Shown piece after piece: positions 42,892 to 55,552 of a DNA stretch of 64,000 nt; the first letter of the stretch is position 1; every line of letters starts with the position of its first letter. Source of the stretch: an uncultured Lentisphaeraceae bacterium (GTDB lineage: Bacteria > Verrucomicrobiota > Kiritimatiellia > RFP12 > DVOR01); contig CASEMS010000016.1 in the NCBI GenBank assembly GCA_949288955.1, forward strand, positions 4,379-68,378, given 5' to 3'. A program made the translations under genes and the position numbers. The notes beneath the pieces were generated by a model. It did not search any database. It was not told where the DNA came from and worked only from the letters and a program-made list of their open reading frames with translations.

Positions 42892-43089
42892 ATGAGCATG
42901 AGTGCGATCGGTGCGGGTCTTGCGGCCGTCGGCGCGGGCATTGGCATTGGGTTGGCCGCCTTCGGCGCCCTGAACGGCATGGCGCGCCAGCCTGAGATGG
43001 CCGGCAAGCTGCAGACGGCGATGCTGATCGCCGCGGCGCTGGTCGAGGGCGTGGCCCTCTTCGCCGTGGTGCTTGCCTTCATCAAGTGA
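42892..43089 (+). CDS. atpE: F0F1 ATP synthase subunit c
   Basis: MSMSAIGAGLAAVGAGIGIGLAAFGALNGMARQPEMAGKLQTAMLIAAALVEGVALFAVVLAFIK is a hairpin proteolipid with the conserved Glu. Confidence 0.93.
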   Translation: MSMSAIGAGLAAVGAGIGIGLAAFGALNGMARQPEMAGKLQTAMLIAAALVEGVALFAVVLAFIK

Positions 43090-43103
43090 CGCAGGGGCCG
43101 CGC

Positions 43104-43706
43104 ATGGACACGCAGGCGCCACACGCACAGACCGCCCCGGCGCCCGGCGGCACCGGGCCGCAGGCCTTCGAGGGGCAGCCCCCGCCCGCGCCGCACGAGG
43201 CGCTCCCGGCCTCCTCCTCCGTGATGGACTTCAACGGGCTGGTGCTCACGCTCACGTGGGTCGCCTTCCTCATCGCGTTCGTGGTGCTGGGCAAGTTCCT
43301 CTGGAAGCCCATCCTCCACTGGCTTGAGAGCCGCGAGGCGGAGATCCGCACGTCGCTCGACGACGCCGCCGCCGCCCGCAAGGCCGCCGAGGAGGCCGAC
43401 GCCAAGGCCGCACAGACCATCGCCGACGCCGAGCGCGACGCCCGCGCCAAGGCCGACGCCATGGCCGCCGCCGCACGCAGGCACGTCGCCGAGATGGAGG
43501 GCGAGGCCCGCGAGGCCATCGCCGCCAAGCGCCGCCAGGCCGAGGCCGACCTGGCCGACGAGCGCGCCGCCGCGATGCGCAAGCTCTCCGAGCAGGCCGG
43601 CGGCGAGATCGCCAAGGCGCTCGACCGCCTTCTGCCCGGCCTGCTGACCGACGCGCAGCGCCAGGCCTATCAGGATCAGATCGCCGCCGACGTGCGGTTC
43701 CGGTGA
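43104..43706 (+). CDS. atpF: F0F1 ATP synthase subunit b (start uncertain)
   Basis: TM LVLTLTWVAFLIAFVVLGKFLWKPILHWLESREAEI followed by a long Ala/Glu/Arg-rich helix. Alternative starts at 43086 (GTG) and 43224 (ATG, MDFNG). Confidence 0.8.
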   Translation: MDTQAPHAQTAPAPGGTGPQAFEGQPPPAPHEALPASSSVMDFNGLVLTLTWVAFLIAFVVLGKFLWKPILHWLESREAEIRTSLDDAAAARKAAEEADAKAAQTIADAERDARAKADAMAAAARRHVAEMEGEAREAIAAKRRQAEADLADERAAAMRKLSEQAGGEIAKALDRLLPGLLTDAQRQAYQDQIAADVRFR

Positions 43707-43713
43707 GGTCGCC

Positions 43714-44256
43714 ATGCTGAACGATGAGGAAGCCGCCCGCCCCTACGCCCGAGCCCTGGCCCAGGCCGCACAGGACTTGGGGCTGATGGCGCGCGTGCGC
43801 GCCGACATGGAGGCGCTGGGGGCGCAGTGGGAGGGCTCCGAGGAACTCCGCCGCTGGGCCTGCGGCTTCCACAGCATGCCGCGCGCCCAGCACCGCGCCA
43901 CGGTGGGCCTGCTTTGGGGCGACACGATGGCGCCGCCGACGCTGCGGTTGCTCGAGGCGCTCTCCGTCCACGGCCTGCTGGCGGCCATCCCCGCGGTGGT
44001 CAAGGCCTTCCGCCGCTTCGCCGACAAGGCGGAGGGGCGCGTGGACGTGGACATCGTCTTCGCCGCGCCGCCCAAGCCCGAGACGGAGGCGGCGCTCCGC
44101 GCCCGCGCCGTCGAGGCCTATGGCTCGAACACGCGCGTCTTCGTCGCCACGGACGCGCGCCTGGGCGCCGGGCTGGTGGTGCGCGCCGGCCACACGCAGT
44201 TTGACGGATCGTTGAAAGGGCGCCTGCGCCGCCTGCGCCACGCCTTCGCACAATAA
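43714..44256 (+). CDS. atpH: F0F1 ATP synthase subunit delta (OSCP)
   Basis: 180 aa. Positioned between b and alpha. N-terminus [12 protein letters not shown] and C-terminus [19 protein letters not shown] are typical. Confidence 0.85.
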   Translation: MLNDEEAARPYARALAQAAQDLGLMARVRADMEALGAQWEGSEELRRWACGFHSMPRAQHRATVGLLWGDTMAPPTLRLLEALSVHGLLAAIPAVVKAFRRFADKAEGRVDVDIVFAAPPKPETEAALRARAVEAYGSNTRVFVATDARLGAGLVVRAGHTQFDGSLKGRLRRLRHAFAQ

Positions 44257-44264
44257 GGATCGCA

Positions 44265-45764
<1,500 letters not shown>

Positions 45765-45767
45765 GCC

Positions 45768-46640
45768 ATGCCCAGCCTGCGCGAATACAACGAACGCTTG
45801 GCCTCGATGGCCAGCATGGGCCGCGTCACCGGCACGATGAAGCTGGTGGCCGGCTCCCACCTCCATCGCGTCCAAAGCGAGCTCTCCAAGCCCGAGGGCT
45901 TCACGCGCGCCCTCTTCGCCCTGGCCGAGGTGGCCAAGCAGCCGCGCTTCGCCAAGAACCGCATCCTCCTGCCGCCGCCGGAGAAGGACAGCAAGATCCT
46001 CCTGGTGGTGATGAGCGCCGACCGCGGCCTCTGCGGCGGCTTCAACACCGCCGTCGTCCGCGCCGTCAAGGAGTTCCACGCCAAGCACGCCGCCCGCGCC
46101 GCCAAGATCGACCATTTCTACGTGGGGCAGAAGGCCTACGGCGTCCTCAAGGCCGAGTTCCCCGGCCTCTCGCGCGTCCTCCCCGCCTCCAGCCACCCTG
46201 ACGTGAAGGACTCCGACCGCGTGGCCAAGTTCGTCATGCGCCTCTTCCACTGGCGCTTCTACGACGAGATCTGGCTCATCTCCAACCACTTCGTCAACTC
46301 GATGACCAACGACTGCCGCACCGAGCGCCTCCTGCCCGACGCGCGGCCCCCCGTGCCCAAGGTGCAGGTCGAGCCCATGCCCCTGCCCGAGCTCATCGAG
46401 CCCAACGACGAGCGCCTCCTCGAGAACATCGTCTATCTCTGGATCCAGCTCTCCCTCTACTACGCGATGCTCCACTCCGCCACCGGCGAGCTCGCCGCAC
46501 GCGTCATGGCCATGGACAACTCCACCATGAACCTCAACGCCATGATCAAGGAGCTCAAGACCCAGCGCAACCGCGCCCGCCAGGCCGCCATCACCAACGA
46601 ACTCACCGAAATCGTCTCCGGCGCCGAGGCGCTGAACTGA
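45768..46640 (+). CDS. atpG: F0F1 ATP synthase subunit gamma
   Basis: MPSLREYNERLASMASMGRVTGTMKLVAGSHL... and C-terminus RQAAITNELTEIVSGAEAL are typical. Confidence 0.92.
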   Translation: MPSLREYNERLASMASMGRVTGTMKLVAGSHLHRVQSELSKPEGFTRALFALAEVAKQPRFAKNRILLPPPEKDSKILLVVMSADRGLCGGFNTAVVRAVKEFHAKHAARAAKIDHFYVGQKAYGVLKAEFPGLSRVLPASSHPDVKDSDRVAKFVMRLFHWRFYDEIWLISNHFVNSMTNDCRTERLLPDARPPVPKVQVEPMPLPELIEPNDERLLENIVYLWIQLSLYYAMLHSATGELAARVMAMDNSTMNLNAMIKELKTQRNRARQAAITNELTEIVSGAEALN

Positions 46641-48095
<1,455 letters not shown>

Positions 48096-48098
48096 CAC

Positions 48099-48365
48099 AT
48101 GGACACCACCTTCCACTTCTGCATCGAGACCCCCTCCGGCATCTTCGTCGAAGGCGACGACATCACCGAGGTGGAGGTCACCACCGCCGAAGGCAAACTC
48201 GGCGTCATGGCCCGCCACGAGCCCATGATCGCCGCCTGCCCCCCCGGCCTCATGCGCATCCGTCAAGGCGGCGAGTGGGTCACCTTTCGCACCTCCCGCG
48301 CCATCCTCGTCGTCGACAAAGGCGGCGTCAAGCTCCTCACGCCTCTCGCCCGTCTTGCCGTCTGA
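48099..48365 (+). CDS. atpC: F0F1 ATP synthase subunit epsilon, short form (beta-sandwich only)
   Basis: 88 aa. Positioned after beta. It lacks room for the C-terminal helical hairpin. Confidence 0.8.
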   Translation: MDTTFHFCIETPSGIFVEGDDITEVEVTTAEGKLGVMARHEPMIAACPPGLMRIRQGGEWVTFRTSRAILVVDKGGVKLLTPLARLAV

Positions 48366-48381
48366 TGAATGCCTCCCCGCG

Positions 48382-48411
48382 AAAAAGCCGCCGATTTCGG
48401 CGGCTTTTTTT
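48382..48411 (+). terminator. intrinsic terminator of the atp operon
   Basis: aaaaagccgccg attt cggcggc followed by 7 T. Confidence 0.85.
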
Positions 48412-48758
48412 GTGCCTGCGCACTTCCCGCAGGCCCAGTCCCTGACGCAACTTGTCCGTGCGGTTGCCTTGTGCGGCGCCTTCGCCCCTTTCCGCCGCTC
48501 GGTTCAAGAAAAGTGACGGGCGCGAGGCTCTTCAGAGTTTTTAGTGGGTCGGGTGTGGAAGCGCGCCGCAGTGGAAGAGGATGGCGATACGGTGGTTGGC
48601 AAAGTTGCGAAAGCCTCGGGCGGGGACATTGGTGTAGAATGTCAATAGAATTGCGCAGGGGGCGTGGGATGGCGTGGAAGATTTGCATGGGACAGTGGGC
48701 CTTTCGGGGTGAGCGGGGGTAGTGGACGATTCAAGTTGCGTTTTGCCTTCGGACGGGG

Positions 48759-48787
48759 TTGCGCGTGGCGTGGGGATATGGTATGGT
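48759..48787 (+). promoter_or_regulatory. sigma70-type promoter with extended -10
   Basis: TTGCGC (48759..48764), 17-nt spacer ending in TGg, TATGGT (48782..48787). Confidence 0.45.
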
Positions 48788-48825
48788 GGGGGCGTATCTG
48801 AACCGATTTGGCGAAGGGGCGGCCT

Positions 48826-51800
48826 ATGCTCACGATGTTGTTGGATTTCTTTTGTTCGCGGCCATTCCCGGAGGCGCCGACGGCGCGCGGGCGTGCGTTG
48901 GCGGCGTTGTCGGCGCTCTTTTGGGTGGCGGCGGCGTTGGCGGTGGGGTGGCTGTGGGCGGGTGACTTCGCGATTCCCGGGGAGAACGCGGGCGCGCTGA
49001 CGATGCTCACGGGGGCGTTGCCTTCGGCGGGCGAGGCGTATCCGTTGTTGCGGTGGGCGGTGCGGCTCTTTTGCGGGGAGGCGCCTTCGATGGCGGCGTT
49101 GAACCTTTTTGGCGCGGGGGTGATGGGGGTGTCGTTGGCGCTGACGTGGCTGGCGGTGCGTTTCTGGGCGTTGGACGCGATGGGCGAGGGCGTGGGTGTG
49201 GCGGCGGCGCGGCGGCTTTCGGCCTGGGCCGCGCACGTGGCCTGCCTGCTCACGCTTTTCGCGTTGCCGGGGCTGTACGCGGCGACGGGGGTGTCGGTGG
49301 GGGTGTGGTGCTTCGCGTGGCTGTTGCTGTGCGTGACGCTCCAGAATGCCTACGCGTTGGGCGGGGGGCATCGCGCGGCGTTGGTGCCGTTTGCGTTGGT
49401 GTTGGGCGTGGCCACGGTGGAGAGCCCGTTTGTGTTGGTGTGCCTGCCAATCTTCTTCCTGCGGGCGTTGGCGATGGAGTGGCGGCTGTGGGACCATAGC
49501 GCGAAGAATCTGCCGCTGTGGTTCGTGGCGTTGGTGGTGGGGGTGTTGGCCGGGGTTTGCCTTAACGGTTGGCGCGTGCAGGAGGTCTTTTCGTTCGCGG
49601 GGGTGTGGGCGACGGAGAAGGCGGTGTTGTTGGCGCAACTGGGCATGTTGCGCGGCTTTGTGGCGGGGCCGTGGTTGCTCAATCTGGCCGGTGCCGGGCT
49701 GGTGCCACTCCTCTCCTGGATCGTCGCGCGGCGTATGCTCGACAACGCGCGCTCGTGGGGCTTGCTCTTCACGGCGCTGACGCTGACGGCGGCGACCTTC
49801 GGGCTCTATTGGGGGCTCGCCCCGACGCCGTGGCGGATGTGGCTGGGCATCGGCGCGATGCCCGTGGCGACCGCGTGGGTGGTGGCCGTTTGCGCGGGCA
49901 TGCTCATCGTGGGGTGGTTCGTGCAGCTCTTCGCGCGCAATCCCAACGTGGAGGAGGAGCAGGAGCGGGGGGCGCGCATCCCCGCCGGCGTCACGGCCTG
50001 CCGCGTGGCGGCCATCTTCCTCTTTCCCCTCGCGGTCATCGCCGCCGGCGTCACGATGGGCACCCACACCCTCCGCTTCCTGCGGGCCGACCGCGCGATG
50101 GCCGATCGCTTCGCCGGCGAGACGATTGCCGCGCTGAAGGCCGATTCGGGCACCCCCGCGGCCGGGCGCTCCTATCTCTTGGGCTCCACCACCAGCTGGA
50201 TCGACCTGAACCTTGTCTTGGTCGCGCGCCGCGAGCACGTGCCCCTGACGCTCTTTTGCCCCTCGCGTATGGGCGACGCGGCCTACGTGGCCGCGCTGCG
50301 CCGCCAGGTCGAGACGGACCCCTTGCTGGGCGATGCCGACCGCCTCCGCCTAACGAACTTGCTGGATTACAACTTCCTTGTCTTTGTGCAGGACTTTTTC
50401 GTGGCGCAGCCCAACGCCCCCAAGATTGCCGCCGTCTATGACCTGGCCGACGTTTGGTATGCCGCGCAGCAGCGCCCCATGCCGTTGGGCACCTTCTACG
50501 TGCCGGCCCCCCAGGAGGGCGACCTGCCCTGTGATGCTCTCGTGGACGGCTGGAAAGCCCTTTGCGCGCGTTGGTCCAAGACCCTTGAACCCGAGGAGCT
50601 GCCGTGGTGGGATCTCTCCGCCGCCACGCAGCGCGCCATTCGCACCCATCTTGCCTTCATGGCCAACAACCTTGGCACCTTCCTGGACGACGCCGGGCGC
50701 CTTCCCGAGGCCGCGGCCTGCTATCTTTACGCCGCCGAGACGAACCCGGAAAACATCTCCGCCAAGCTGAACCTTTACGACATTTGCGTCCGCCGTGGCC
50801 AGATTCCCGAGCGGCGCGTCGAGGTCAACCGCGTTTTCGAGGACTTCATCCGCGCTCAGAGCCGCCGCCACGCGCCGCGTTACGACCTTGGCTTCATCGG
50901 CCGCCGCCACGGTTACATCCGCAACTACACCCTCTTTGTGAACATGGGCTGGGATTGGGCCGTCAGCGCCGCGCCCGAGTCCATCCTGGCCGGCCTGCGC
51001 AGCGCCCGCGAGGCGCTCGCGCCCGGGGACCCGCGCCTCGGCTCCCTGCAAACCGTCGCCGCAGCCGTCTATGAGCGCCAAGGCCAATCCCGCCGTTCCT
51101 ACGAGAATTACGAGGCCGCCCTCCGCAGCGACCCCAACAACGCCGACGCCCTCCGCGGATTGGCCCGCCTCTCCATGCAGCGCGGCAACACCGCCGAGGC
51201 CGGCAAATGGCTCTCCAAACTTGAGGCCACCGGCAAGCAAGACGCGCAGATCGACGTCGACCGCACCGCCTACCTCATGGCCGTGGGCGACCTGGACGGC
51301 GCCGCCAAGGCCATCGGCCGCTATACCGCCGAGCATCAGGATTCCACCATGGGCTGGGCCATGATCGGCATGCTCGAGATGGAACGCGCCAACGCCGCCC
51401 TCGCCAAAAACGACGCCAAGGAAACCGACCGTGCCCTGGAGCGTGCCGCCGGCTTCATCCTTGACAATCTCCGCCGCACCGCCAAGGACAACGACGTCTA
51501 CTACGTCCACGTCCTCGAAGGCCGCATCGCCCAAATCCGGGGCGAGCGCGCCTTCGCGCGCGCCATGGACCCCGAGGCCATCCCCAGCGACGAAGCCCGC
51601 GCCGATGCCGCAGCCCAGGCCCGCACCCTCTGGGAGGAGAGCCGTGCGCATTATCGCCGCGCCTACGCCATCCGCCCCAGCATGCTCGGCATCCTTGAAT
51701 ACATCCTCAACCTCGACCGCCGCCTCGGCGACAAAACCTCGGCGGAGGCCGACGCCCTCACCATCCTGCGCGACGACGACCGCAACCCGCTCGCCAACTT

Positions 51801-52308
51801 CGTCGTGGGCACCCAGCGCCTCGAGGACGGCCACGTGGAGACCGCCGCCCGCTACTTCGCGCTGGCGATGGAAAGCGAATCGGAACGCGCCCGCAACGTC
51901 GAGCTGCTCAACAATTACGCCGACACCCTCACCCGCACGGGCGACTTCGCCAAAGCCAAGGAACTCGCCCTGAACGTCATTCGGATGACCCCCAAGAACT
52001 ACGCCGCCTGGGCCACCTACGCCCTCGCTCTCGCGCGCAACGGCGAGTCCGGCCAGGCGCAGACCGCCTATGACAAATCCATGAGCCTTGTCACGGAGGG
52101 AATCGCCGACAAAATCCTTCCCGAAGGCTTCCGGGCCGACCCGCGCGTCGGCTGGGTCAAAGCCTGGATTGCCGTGGCGCGGCACGACCGCGCCGCCGCC
52201 GAGGCCGCGCGCGACGGTGTCATCCAAGCGCTCGGCGACGCGATCGGCCCGCTTGACCAATGGGACATCCGCGCGGTGAACGCCGCCATCGAGCAACTCC
52301 CCCGGTGA
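48826..52308 (+). CDS. large membrane protein: N-terminal multi-TM DUF2723/glycosyltransferase-C-like region plus C-terminal TPR repeats
   Basis: About 450 aa of polytopic TM segments, then repeated TPR-like helices (...AACYLYAAETNPENISAKLNLY..., ...YEAALRSDPNNADALRGLARLSMQRGN..., ...NYAAWATYALALARNGE...). ATG at 48826 is preceded by GAAGGGG. Confidence 0.7.
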   Translation: MLTMLLDFFCSRPFPEAPTARGRALAALSALFWVAAALAVGWLWAGDFAIPGENAGALTMLTGALPSAGEAYPLLRWAVRLFCGEAPSMAALNLFGAGVMGVSLALTWLAVRFWALDAMGEGVGVAAARRLSAWAAHVACLLTLFALPGLYAATGVSVGVWCFAWLLLCVTLQNAYALGGGHRAALVPFALVLGVATVESPFVLVCLPIFFLRALAMEWRLWDHSAKNLPLWFVALVVGVLAGVCLNGWRVQEVFSFAGVWATEKAVLLAQLGMLRGFVAGPWLLNLAGAGLVPLLSWIVARRMLDNARSWGLLFTALTLTAATFGLYWGLAPTPWRMWLGIGAMPVATAWVVAVCAGMLIVGWFVQLFARNPNVEEEQERGARIPAGVTACRVAAIFLFPLAVIAAGVTMGTHTLRFLRADRAMADRFAGETIAALKADSGTPAAGRSYLLGSTTSWIDLNLVLVARREHVPLTLFCPSRMGDAAYVAALRRQVETDPLLGDADRLRLTNLLDYNFLVFVQDFFVAQPNAPKIAAVYDLADVWYAAQQRPMPLGTFYVPAPQEGDLPCDALVDGWKALCARWSKTLEPEELPWWDLSAATQRAIRTHLAFMANNLGTFLDDAGRLPEAAACYLYAAETNPENISAKLNLYDICVRRGQIPERRVEVNRVFEDFIRAQSRRHAPRYDLGFIGRRHGYIRNYTLFVNMGWDWAVSAAPESILAGLRSAREALAPGDPRLGSLQTVAAAVYERQGQSRRSYENYEAALRSDPNNADALRGLARLSMQRGNTAEAGKWLSKLEATGKQDAQIDVDRTAYLMAVGDLDGAAKAIGRYTAEHQDSTMGWAMIGMLEMERANAALAKNDAKETDRALERAAGFILDNLRRTAKDNDVYYVHVLEGRIAQIRGERAFARAMDPEAIPSDEARADAAAQARTLWEESRAHYRRAYAIRPSMLGILEYILNLDRRLGDKTSAEADALTILRDDDRNPLANFVVGTQRLEDGHVETAARYFALAMESESERARNVELLNNYADTLTRTGDFAKAKELALNVIRMTPKNYAAWATYALALARNGESGQAQTAYDKSMSLVTEGIADKILPEGFRADPRVGWVKAWIAVARHDRAAAEAARDGVIQALGDAIGPLDQWDIRAVNAAIEQLPR

Positions 52309-52340
52309 GGCCTCGGCGCGCCCGGTCGCGCCAAGGGCAC

Positions 52341-52375
52341 AAAAAAGGGCACGGCATTGCGCCGTGCCCTTTTTT
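52341..52375. terminator. bidirectional intrinsic terminator between convergent genes
   Basis: aaaaaa gggcacggc attgc gccgtgccc tttttt. An A-run and a T-run flank a 9-bp stem. Confidence 0.85.
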
Positions 52376-52428
52376 GTGCCCCCATCCATCGCCCCGGGCC
52401 GTCCGCCTCAGGCCATGGTCGCGCCGAT

Positions 52429-53211
52429 TTACGCGACGCCGTGTTTGGAGGCGTTGGCGTAGAAGTTCAGCAGGTGCTCGATTTGCGGGCAGCGGGGGAG
52501 TTCGCGGGCGATGCGGTCGAGGGCGGCGGCGCGGGTGGCGCCTTCGGAGTAGAGGAATTGGTAGGCATCCTTGAGGGCGGCGATGGCTTCGGGGGTGAAG
52601 GCGTTGGCGTGGCGGCGGATGCCGACGGAGTTGAGGCCGCGGACGACGAGGTTTTCCACGCCCATCGTGACCATGTAGGGTGGGGCATCTTTGCGCAGGT
52701 GGGTGCCGCCGCCGATCATGGCGTAGGCGCCGACGTGGGTGAATTGGAGGATGGCGGTGGTGCCGCCGATGACGGCGTTGTGCTCGATGAGGCATTCGCC
52801 GGCGATTTGGACGCCGTTGGACATGATGACGTTGTCGCCGAGGACGCACCCGTGCGCGATGTGGCAGTAGGCCATGATGAGGCAGTCCGCGCCGATGACG
52901 GTCTTGGAGCCGTCGAAGGTGCCGGAATGGATGGTGGCACATTCGCGGATGACCGTGCGGGGGCCGATTTCGACGTAGGTCACGGTGCCGGGGCGCCACT
53001 TGAGGTCTTGCGTCTTGGTGCCCACGCAGGCGTTGGGGAAGACTTCGCACCCTTCGTCGAGGGTGGTGTGCCCCTCGACGGTGGCATGGTGGTGGATGTG
53101 GACGCCCGGGCCGATTTTCGTGTCGGGGCCGATGTAGGCGAAGGGGCCGATCTCGGCCGTCGGGTCGATTTGCGCGCCGGCGCAGACGTAGGCAAGGGGG
53201 TGGATGGCCAT
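52429..53211 (-). CDS. lpxA: acyl-ACP--UDP-N-acetylglucosamine O-acyltransferase
   Basis: MAIHPLAYVCAGAQIDPTAEIGPFAYIGPDTKIGPGV hexapeptide repeats plus a helical C-terminus ...GLNSVGIRRHANAFTPEAIAALKDAYQFLY. 260 aa. Confidence 0.92.
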   Translation of the reverse strand: MAIHPLAYVCAGAQIDPTAEIGPFAYIGPDTKIGPGVHIHHHATVEGHTTLDEGCEVFPNACVGTKTQDLKWRPGTVTYVEIGPRTVIRECATIHSGTFDGSKTVIGADCLIMAYCHIAHGCVLGDNVIMSNGVQIAGECLIEHNAVIGGTTAILQFTHVGAYAMIGGGTHLRKDAPPYMVTMGVENLVVRGLNSVGIRRHANAFTPEAIAALKDAYQFLYSEGATRAAALDRIARELPRCPQIEHLLNFYANASKHGVA

Positions 53212-53237
53212 TGCGGGGAGAACCTTTCGTTGTCACG

Positions 53238-54350
53238 TTATTGTTGTTTGGGGATGAGGCGCATCGCGACGCCGATGCAAATCAGCGCCGGGGCCCAGAC
53301 CAGCAGCCACGGGAAGGCCGCCGGCTTGCCGGAGAGCGACTCGGAGAGCAACACGAAGAGGAAGAAGGCGATCCCCACGCCCACGCCCAACGCCATGCCG
53401 CGCGCGGAATCCTTCCGCTGCGCCTGGCACCCCAGCGGGATGCCCACCAGCACAAAGCAGAAGCAGGAGACGGCCCAGACCGCCCGGTAGTTGAGCAGGA
53501 AGCGGAGGCTGCACCGCCACTTGGCCGCCGCCGCGTCGGAGAGATCCGCCCGCGCGGCCTCGCGCTCGGCCGCCAGCAACTCGCCAAAGGTGTAATCCTT
53601 GGGTTTTTTGAGGTATTTGCGGGAGCGGGAGACCACGTTCTCGAAGCGGTAGGGATAGTTGTCCACCGTCGCGGTGCCTTGGACGTCTTTGGCCGGCGGG
53701 GTGATGGTGGCCTGGAAAAGGGTGAAGAGCAGGTCGCTGCCCTCGGTGCGGACCTCGGCGCGGTCGGCGTGGATCTCGCGCAGGAAACCCTCCGAGCGGT
53801 CGATGGCCAGCAGGTTGTAGAGCAACGTGTAGGGGCGACCGTCGCGGTCCTCCATGTCCACCTTGCGGTCACAGAAGACGGTGACGTTGTCGATGTCGTC
53901 GATGAAGCGCCCCGGCTCCAGCAGTTGCACGCCGGCGTCGAGTGCCAGGCGGCTGGCCAGCGTGCGGCGGACGTAGTGGCCGTGGGGCATGGCATAGTTC
54001 TGCAGATAGAAAACCGCCCCCGTGCAGAGGATGGCGACAATCAGCGGCCCGCGCATGATCGTCAGGAAACTGATGCCGCAGGCCTTCATCGCCGCCACCT
54101 CGCTATCGGTGCTCAGCCGCCCGAAGACCAAGAGCGAGGCCACCATCAGCGCGAGCGGGATGGTAAAGCCCAGCACCTCCGGCAACGACGCCAGGATATA
54201 CTGCGCCACCAACGCCCCGGACGCCCCGCGCATCACGAATTGGAAGACCTGGAAGAGGAAGCCCACCGAAAGCACGAAGGTGAGCACCAGCCCCGTCAGC
54301 CCCGCGGCCACCAGAAACGAACGCAGAATGTATCGCTGGAGCGTGCCCAT
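53238..54350 (-). CDS. LptF/LptG-family LPS export permease
   Basis: MGTLQRYILRSFLVAAGLTGLVLTFVLSVGFLFQ...GRLSTDSEVAAMKACGISF is a typical YjgP/YjgQ pattern. Confidence 0.88.
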   Translation of the reverse strand: MGTLQRYILRSFLVAAGLTGLVLTFVLSVGFLFQVFQFVMRGASGALVAQYILASLPEVLGFTIPLALMVASLLVFGRLSTDSEVAAMKACGISFLTIMRGPLIVAILCTGAVFYLQNYAMPHGHYVRRTLASRLALDAGVQLLEPGRFIDDIDNVTVFCDRKVDMEDRDGRPYTLLYNLLAIDRSEGFLREIHADRAEVRTEGSDLLFTLFQATITPPAKDVQGTATVDNYPYRFENVVSRSRKYLKKPKDYTFGELLAAEREAARADLSDAAAAKWRCSLRFLLNYRAVWAVSCFCFVLVGIPLGCQAQRKDSARGMALGVGVGIAFFLFVLLSESLSGKPAAFPWLLVWAPALICIGVAMRLIPKQQ

Positions 54351-54364
54351 GCGCGCAACCTCGC

Positions 54365-55552
54365 TTAGGGCAAGGCGCGGAGACGGTCGCGCGTCGCCGC
54401 GTCCACGCCTTGGATGACGATTTCCACGCGGCGGTTGGAGGGCGTGCCATGCTCCAGGTCCACCGGGTCGCGCGGTTGGTCAAAGGAGTGCCCCACCGCC
54501 GTCATGCGCGCGGCCGGCACGCCATTCTGCGCCAGATAGGTGAGCACGCTCTTGGCGCGGTCCTCGGAGAGGCGCTGGTTGTAGGCATGGTCGGAGCCCC
54601 GCTGGCGGTCGGCGTGGCCATGCAGCGTCACCGTCGCCTGCGGGTTCGCCTCCAACGCGCCCCGCACGATGCGCGTCAGCTCGTCCATCACCGGCAGCTC
54701 GGAAGGCCGGATGATGGCCGTGTCCTTCGCGAAGCCCACGCGCAGCTCCAGGTGCATCGCGTCGCCCGCGCCCACCGGCGTCACGTCGCGCAACTTCTCG
54801 GCATGCCGCGAGGCCGCGTCATACTTCCGCGCGCCCGGCTCGATCGGCGCGCCCGGCTCGGCCAAAGGCGCCACCGTGTCCGCCGAGGTCTCCCCCGTGC
54901 CGCCCGGATACCACACCAGCCCCACGTCCGCCGTCGTGAAATGCATGAAGTCGTCGGCCAGCGCCACGTGCCACCGCAAATCGCCGCGCAGCGACACCTG
55001 CTCAGAGAAATGCCAGAAGGCGCCCACCCCCGCCTGCGCGAAGAGGTGATCCTCCTTGCCATCCTGCCAAACCGGCGTGTTCGTCGAGCCATAATAGGCG
55101 AAGCCGCCCGCCAGGAACGGGTCAAACCGCGCGTACCGGTCGAAATGCCACAGCGCCTCCACGCCCAGCCCCAGAAGCGCGCGACTGCCGCCCGCCCCCT
55201 GCGCCCGGCGCCCCGCGCGCCCCAACATCCCAAACCCCTCGAGCGAGAGCGGGCTGTCCGCAAAGTCATACCCCAGGCGCAGCACCACATAAGGCTGCAC
55301 CCCGCGCAAATCGCTCCCCGGCTTCGGGTGGCCGGTGCGGTGCACGCGCATCGCGCCCACGCCCCCGCCCAAGTAAAAACGACCCGCCTCACGCCCATCG
55401 TCCGCCATCGCCTCGGCCGCCGCCGCGGACTGCGCGTCCTCCGCGGTGGGGGCGACGGGCGCATCGTCCCGCGCGGTCACCACGGGGCCTTGCTGCGCGA
55501 AAACGGGCACACTTGCGGCCAACGCGGCCGCCACGCCAAGCAAACGCTTCAT
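54365..55552 (-). CDS. OmpA-family outer membrane protein
   Basis: Signal MKRLLGVAAALAASVPVFAQ, a beta-barrel-like N-terminal half, and a C-terminal OmpA_C domain VTLHGHADRQRGSDHAYNQRLSEDRAKSVLTYLAQNGVPAARM...NRRVEIVI. Confidence 0.88.
   Translation of the reverse strand: MKRLLGVAAALAASVPVFAQQGPVVTARDDAPVAPTAEDAQSAAAAEAMADDGREAGRFYLGGGVGAMRVHRTGHPKPGSDLRGVQPYVVLRLGYDFADSPLSLEGFGMLGRAGRRAQGAGGSRALLGLGVEALWHFDRYARFDPFLAGGFAYYGSTNTPVWQDGKEDHLFAQAGVGAFWHFSEQVSLRGDLRWHVALADDFMHFTTADVGLVWYPGGTGETSADTVAPLAEPGAPIEPGARKYDAASRHAEKLRDVTPVGAGDAMHLELRVGFAKDTAIIRPSELPVMDELTRIVRGALEANPQATVTLHGHADRQRGSDHAYNQRLSEDRAKSVLTYLAQNGVPAARMTAVGHSFDQPRDPVDLEHGTPSNRRVEIVIQGVDAATRDRLRALP

Noticed and set aside
43086-43223. 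Long Pro/Ala/Gln-rich N-terminal extension of ATP synthase subunit b as a distinct feature
   Set aside because: The start cannot be determined from sequence alone. The extension may simply be untranslated if the ATG at 43224 is used, so it is reported only as start-site uncertainty.
48541-48640. Possible gene remnant ending ...GFRNFANHRIAILFHCGALPHPTH on the minus strand
   Set aside because: Only about 30 codons look protein-like. I recognise no family, and the long ORF containing it (48541..50238) is antisense to the TPR membrane protein.
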